Shown here in pieces: positions 58,706 to 64,000 of a stretch of 64,000 bases of DNA (the stretch's first letter is position 1; each line of letters begins with the position of its first letter). The DNA comes from Eledone cirrhosa (Eukaryota). The notes beneath the pieces are model-generated. The model saw nothing but the letters and a program-made list of their open reading frames with translations, was not told the DNA's origin and did no database searches. The position numbers were made by a program, and so were the translations under genes. The stretch is from NCBI GenBank assembly GCA_964016885.1, contig OZ024746.1, positions 21,080,001 through 21,144,000 on the forward strand. Direction: 5' to 3'.

Positions 58706-61169
58706 GTGTTGAAACAAACTTTAGGCTTCAGATCTTACAGAGAAAGTATATTTACAAACAATTTAAGAAGATTAAATGTTAGAAGTTTGGTTTTTCGGCA
58801 AAGGCGTTCAATTGCCTACATTTTGCACTGTACTAATTACCATAAAATAATGTATTCTTTGAAATATTCCATCCGACAAAATATGTATCATATCTTGTTG
58901 CTTGAAATAGAAAATTTGTTGGGCTGTTATCCATTCCTGGATACATATATATATATATATATATGAACTAACTCTCTACCTACACCTGACTTCTGTTTTT
59001 ATTGTTCAAACACATATATGTATTACCAATACTATGGTTAGCTGTGTTATTGTTATTAAATTGGCACAAACAATAGAACACCAAACAAGAATCTTTACAT
59101 TGTAGAATACATTATTTGGAGCCTCACGGACTTTTATCATGTGTTGAATGTGTTATTGTAGTACGTATCTTTTGAAAATTAGCCAGTTTTCTTGAAATAG
59201 TTGCAAAGTATACAATCGATCAATCCTAATTTTCGAAATAATGTGGTTCGCCTTGGAGATTATAAAATAGATAATACTAAAAGTAGAGTGTTGAATTTCA
59301 GATAATTTCAAATCGAAGTAACACTACAGTTTAAGTGCTGGTGCATAATATTAATTTAATTGTGTGCTACGCAGCCTATAGTTATTTTAGTTCAAATTAA
59401 AACTTATTGTTTAAGAATGCTGTGCGCAAATGGAGTACAAGTTGTTGTTTAATGCCAGATAGTTCCTGATCGAGAAGACACGAAATTAATGGCGTTCCGT
59501 TTTTCCTAGATCCAGGTCTACATTACAAGAGTAGGCTGAAAGAGACCAGTATATATTCCAAGTCTCATTTATCGATTTCTATATCTGTCGAACAATTGAG
59601 TTAGGGTACATAAACAGAGAAATACACAGAAACATAAACACAGTCATGGACACGTAAACATATATATATGACGTAATTCTGCAACTTGAGTCTACCAAGT
59701 TTCTTTCAAAAGGCATTGATCAACCCGAGTCTATAGTTGAAGACATTTGCGCAAGGAAACGCGCTAAGCGCATTTTCACGCAGGGCGATTCGGTCTATGG
59801 AAACGTTCTATATTATTGAAGCACACATTTAATGCTTTTACTGCTTTTTACATGCATTATATTACAAACTTGAATCATCTTGCAGGTGAAACTAAGATTT
59901 CTATGAATATTTTATTTTGTTTTATCGGAAGGATACTAGAATCAATTCCCCGTATTCATTGCAACCTTTTCTTGACTTCGCTGCATTTAGATGTTCCACC
60001 ACATAGCATGTTTAGTTATTTCTACCAAATAAGAGTAACACAAAAGCAGCACATTAAAGGATGCTACAAACATTCCAAGTGTAGCGGGGAAGTTAGGAAC
60101 TCTTTAATCAAAGAGAAAAATGCTGGAGAAGAATATCGGAAGATTATAAAATGTATTAGTTAACAATTAGGTGATGTTGTTTCGTGCGGAACAGGCGTTA
60201 AGAGTTTTAAAGCTGTTTTAGAATTTAAAAAAAAACACTGCATGAGGTGCAGACTCACTGCACAGGCACACGCACGCACGCACACATATATATATATATA
60301 TATATATACATATATATATACATATACACACACACACACATATATATATATACACATACGCACATATATATATACTTACATGCATACATATATACATATA
60401 TATATATGCATGCATATAATTCTACAATATTTCTTAATGAATAACAAAGAAATGTTTTACGATCCCCTCATTCCCCCATCTTTCAAGTGTAATTGCATTA
60501 CTGACACTGATTTGTTTACATCATTTATCTAAATAAATTAACCTCCATGAATCATTTCATTATATGTAATTAAATCGAACTCCAATGAAGTTTTATATTT
60601 ATATCTTTAGCTAGACACCGATTGTCTCGAACTGATTTAATATATTTGGTTTCAGAATTTTGCTGCGAAACAACCCTGTATTAGTTGTAATTCGAATTGA
60701 ATAATGTCGAATACTTACATTAAATACATTTACCAAATACAGACATCAGTCAATGCTTTTTGCACGTTTACTTTAAATTATTTTACATCTATCATAAATT
60801 TATACTTTGATGTTAGAAATCTAAATTGCTTAACTTCGTTTTACATTTCAGTCGCTCCGAAACTGCTTCTATTTAATTTTATAGCACACATACGCTATAA
60901 TTACTTTAACACTGTTCTATGTATATACACGAGTAGCAATTATGAGATACAAACTCGGAGTTCTGTTTTGTGAAGCTGGCCGCCGTTCAATGTCAATGAC
61001 GATTTGAAAATTATATATGATTAGTTATGTAAAATATCTCTGGCGACCAATTCACTATTTGGCGATGAGGTTTCCTATTGATGTTTTCAGGTATACAAGA
61101 TGACAAATATGTAGTGCGAGCTAACGATACAGTTTCTCTGACACCTACTCAAATGGAAACCTTGTGATT

Positions 61170-61430
61170 TCAGCTACCAACCCAGGCTCTACTGCCCGCC
61201 AAGCCGAAGAGGGTAAATTGTCAAAGTATCGGCCACTCTAAGATAGGTTTGTGGTAGAGACTGTAGTAGTGGAGACCTCCGGCGCTCTTGGCTCCCTGAT
61301 CCCACCCCTACTCACTGCTATTGGAGTGGAGTTGGCCGCCCGCAGGTGCGTGTCCCACGAGGTGGAGTGGTTGTTCCAATGCGTCTCTCTCACCGTTCTC
61401 TGGAGCATTGTATTGTCCATCCTGTCAGCA
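61170..61430 (+). pseudogene. CRE-like LINE restriction-like endonuclease C-terminus
   Basis: PGSTARQAEEGKLSKYRPL..RFVVETVVVETSGALG...IG..LA......EVEWLFQCVSL. Confidence 0.7.
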
Positions 61431-61659
61431 GTGACCCTGAGGCGGAGGGTAAGTTACCTGGAAGTGGAGGATACTCGTTCGGACGTCACATCCTCTCTAT
61501 TTCTTTGAAGCTATATAGATAACGTTCTTTAAAATACTACTGTTTATTGGCGTGAAATAGGTCGCGTAATTAGAAACTTGACTTTCGCGGTTCATGGTTT
61601 AGTGTCTTCACAATGGATCCGAAGATACGATACAGTAATTGAATGAATGCATGCATCGT

Positions 61660-61960
61660 CTCGTAACTCCTGATGGAGTCGTAGGGGCCCTGACATGGCG
61701 TTTCTAGGGTGCTTTAAGCCTGGTGGAGTCCATCCCTCTCCAGACCTTCCAGCGATGGATAGAAAGTGAGAGAGGTAGGAAGTGTGAAAGAGATATAGAG
61801 GAGCAATCGATCCAGTACTAGACTAGTACTTTTTATCGACCTCGAAAAGATGAAAGACAAAGTAGACCTCAGTGGGATTTGAACTCAGAGAGCAGAGAGC
61901 CGGAATAAATACCGCAAAGCATTCTATCTGATGTTTTAACCAATCTGCCATTTCTCCACT
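61660..61960 (-). mobile_element. SINE S2
   Basis: Family motifs as above. Confidence 0.78.
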
Positions 61961-63761
61961 AATTGCATAAAATCCCACCCAATTTTACACAATTCGGCCT
62001 AAATATATTTGATTATATGTTAGCTTAATCAAGATTGATCTAAGGTCAAAATGTACTATCTTTGACATTTATACAGTTTCAGTATTTTGATCATCCCCTG
62101 GAATAGCAGCTAGGTTAACACTACATCTAAAAAGTTGTTTCAAGGAACATTAAACCTAATTGTTAAAGTTTCTGTTATATGTATTCTTATATATTCCGTT
62201 TCTTCTATGTTCCTCTAGGATACTAGAGGAACATACTAAACTGAAAATGATTTATTAGAAATTAGAGATTACTGCTTTTGTTGTTTAATCGAAGGTGACC
62301 CTAATCGAAAGAACATATAATCAAAAGGGCTTTAGCATTTTTATGAGCAAAATCTGATTTCATGAAAATATTTACTCTGTTAGCTACTGTCTCTTCATTG
62401 AAGAACAGCGTTTTTAGATCAAAGTAGCCATTTATTCTGATGTTTAGTACAGTACTACTTCATACGAAGTAAAGATACTGTCAAAGATATTTCTTAATTA
62501 TTGGGTTGACGTAATATATATAATATGCTAGTTCAAGATTGCAGGCTACAATTTGAAGCTGCTGTATCTTGACCTAACAACCAGGCTTTACATTGGAACA
62601 AAATCATATCTTTTATAGACGCCAAGAAATGATATGACGTACACAACTTTCTCAAAATTACTATCTAAATAACAGCACCCTGCTCCCATGGGAACCTATT
62701 TTTCATGATAGTATAGCTTAAAGTAATACTACTCCTATAAATAATTCGACGTTTGTTGACATCATAATGAATAGCTACAAGGATTAAGAATTTCTATCAG
62801 CTCTTATAATGAAGTAAATAATATAATTTTTAAAAAAGAAAATATGAATAAATGATCTAAGATAAAACAATACAAATTATAACGACAGAATTTGACTTTT
62901 TCTGTATCGAAGACATTTCTCTCTGTGATGAAAAGAAAATTAGTTAGAATGAAAATGTTATCATTATTCAAACTAAAGTATTCATCTGATAAAAGAGAAC
63001 ATAAAATTACTGTAAAAATTCTAAATAGCCGCCATGTTCGACTGTTCAGGGGATGCCTCAGGTGTATTTAAATCTTCGACATTTAATTAGTTTTCTCACG
63101 AGTAGAGTTTGCTGAGAAATTACAAAAAAAATATATGCATAACTGTGGGGCATTCTATTAACTAACCACATTTAGGTTTTATATTTTAATAGTAGACATT
63201 TTGTCTTTGGTTTTTAAAATTCACAGAGAAATATTGCACAATTAATGTGACTCCGATGTAACATTTAATTCATATGAATGTTATTTTCAGAAAACGTTCA
63301 ACAGTTGAATAGAAAAATAAAGATGTTGTCCCTCATTACAAAACCAACAGAATCACTACTTCACTACTTCGAGAATAACGAGAATATCGGCGTCAATAAT
63401 TAAGTAGATATAATCGCACTGAAGTTAAGATTTCAATTCGGATACCAGTTATTGCGAATTTTACAGAAAACGTGAAAGAATATAACTTCATATATGTAAT
63501 ATTCCGATAATCATATAGCCCTTATATAAGTTTTATGGGTAAAATTAAAGAAACAACACCATAAAACGGATCTTAATATCGATCATAAAATGTTCCGTCA
63601 CTTCAACTAAATTTGAAATGTGATTTGATCTGTTAAGCATTCATATATATATTTATATATATATATATATTTGTTTATTTCTTTTTATGTTTTGCTGTCT
63701 GCTTTGCTGTCTGTCTGTCTGTCTGTCTCTCTGTCTCTCTGTATGTATGTATGTATGTATG

Positions 63762-63792
<31 letters not shown>

Positions 63793-64000
63793 TTTTGAGA
63801 ATATTTTTGACCGGTGGCAAGTATGTAAAGAAAAAGAAATTTCCGTCCGTTTTGCAATCGGTTATCATTTGAAACTTAAATATGTTTTACAGATTTCTTA
63901 AAGAATGGAGCGTCATAAAATGGAACAAACTCTATAGAGAGAAAGGCAGGAAAATCATCTGTGCAACCATAAAATCCTCCAGATTATATTGTCAAAGGAG

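Overview
This is AT-rich, microsatellite-dense eukaryotic DNA, intergenic or intronic; the SINE and microsatellite repertoire suggests an octopus or other coleoid cephalopod (inference). No intact host gene is evident, and nearly all long ORFs in the track are (TA)n/(TG)n/(GA)n artefacts. The main content is: (1) three Penelope-like retroelements (PLEs) with a C-terminal GIY-YIG endonuclease (8461-9987, 19688-25611, 25683-27775); (2) many short non-coding PLE-type inserts embedded in (TA)n tracts, many carrying type I hammerhead ribozyme (HHR) motifs and built as back-to-back inverted arms that often turn inside HHR stem II; (3) fragments of R4/Dong-like, CRE-like and RTE-like LINEs; (4) three tRNA-derived SINE families, including a five-copy tandem array and a fold-back palindrome; (5) a Tc1/mariner transposase relic and MITEs. 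A weak minus-strand exon chain lies at about 10.8-12.1 kb. All calls are by eye, without database searches.
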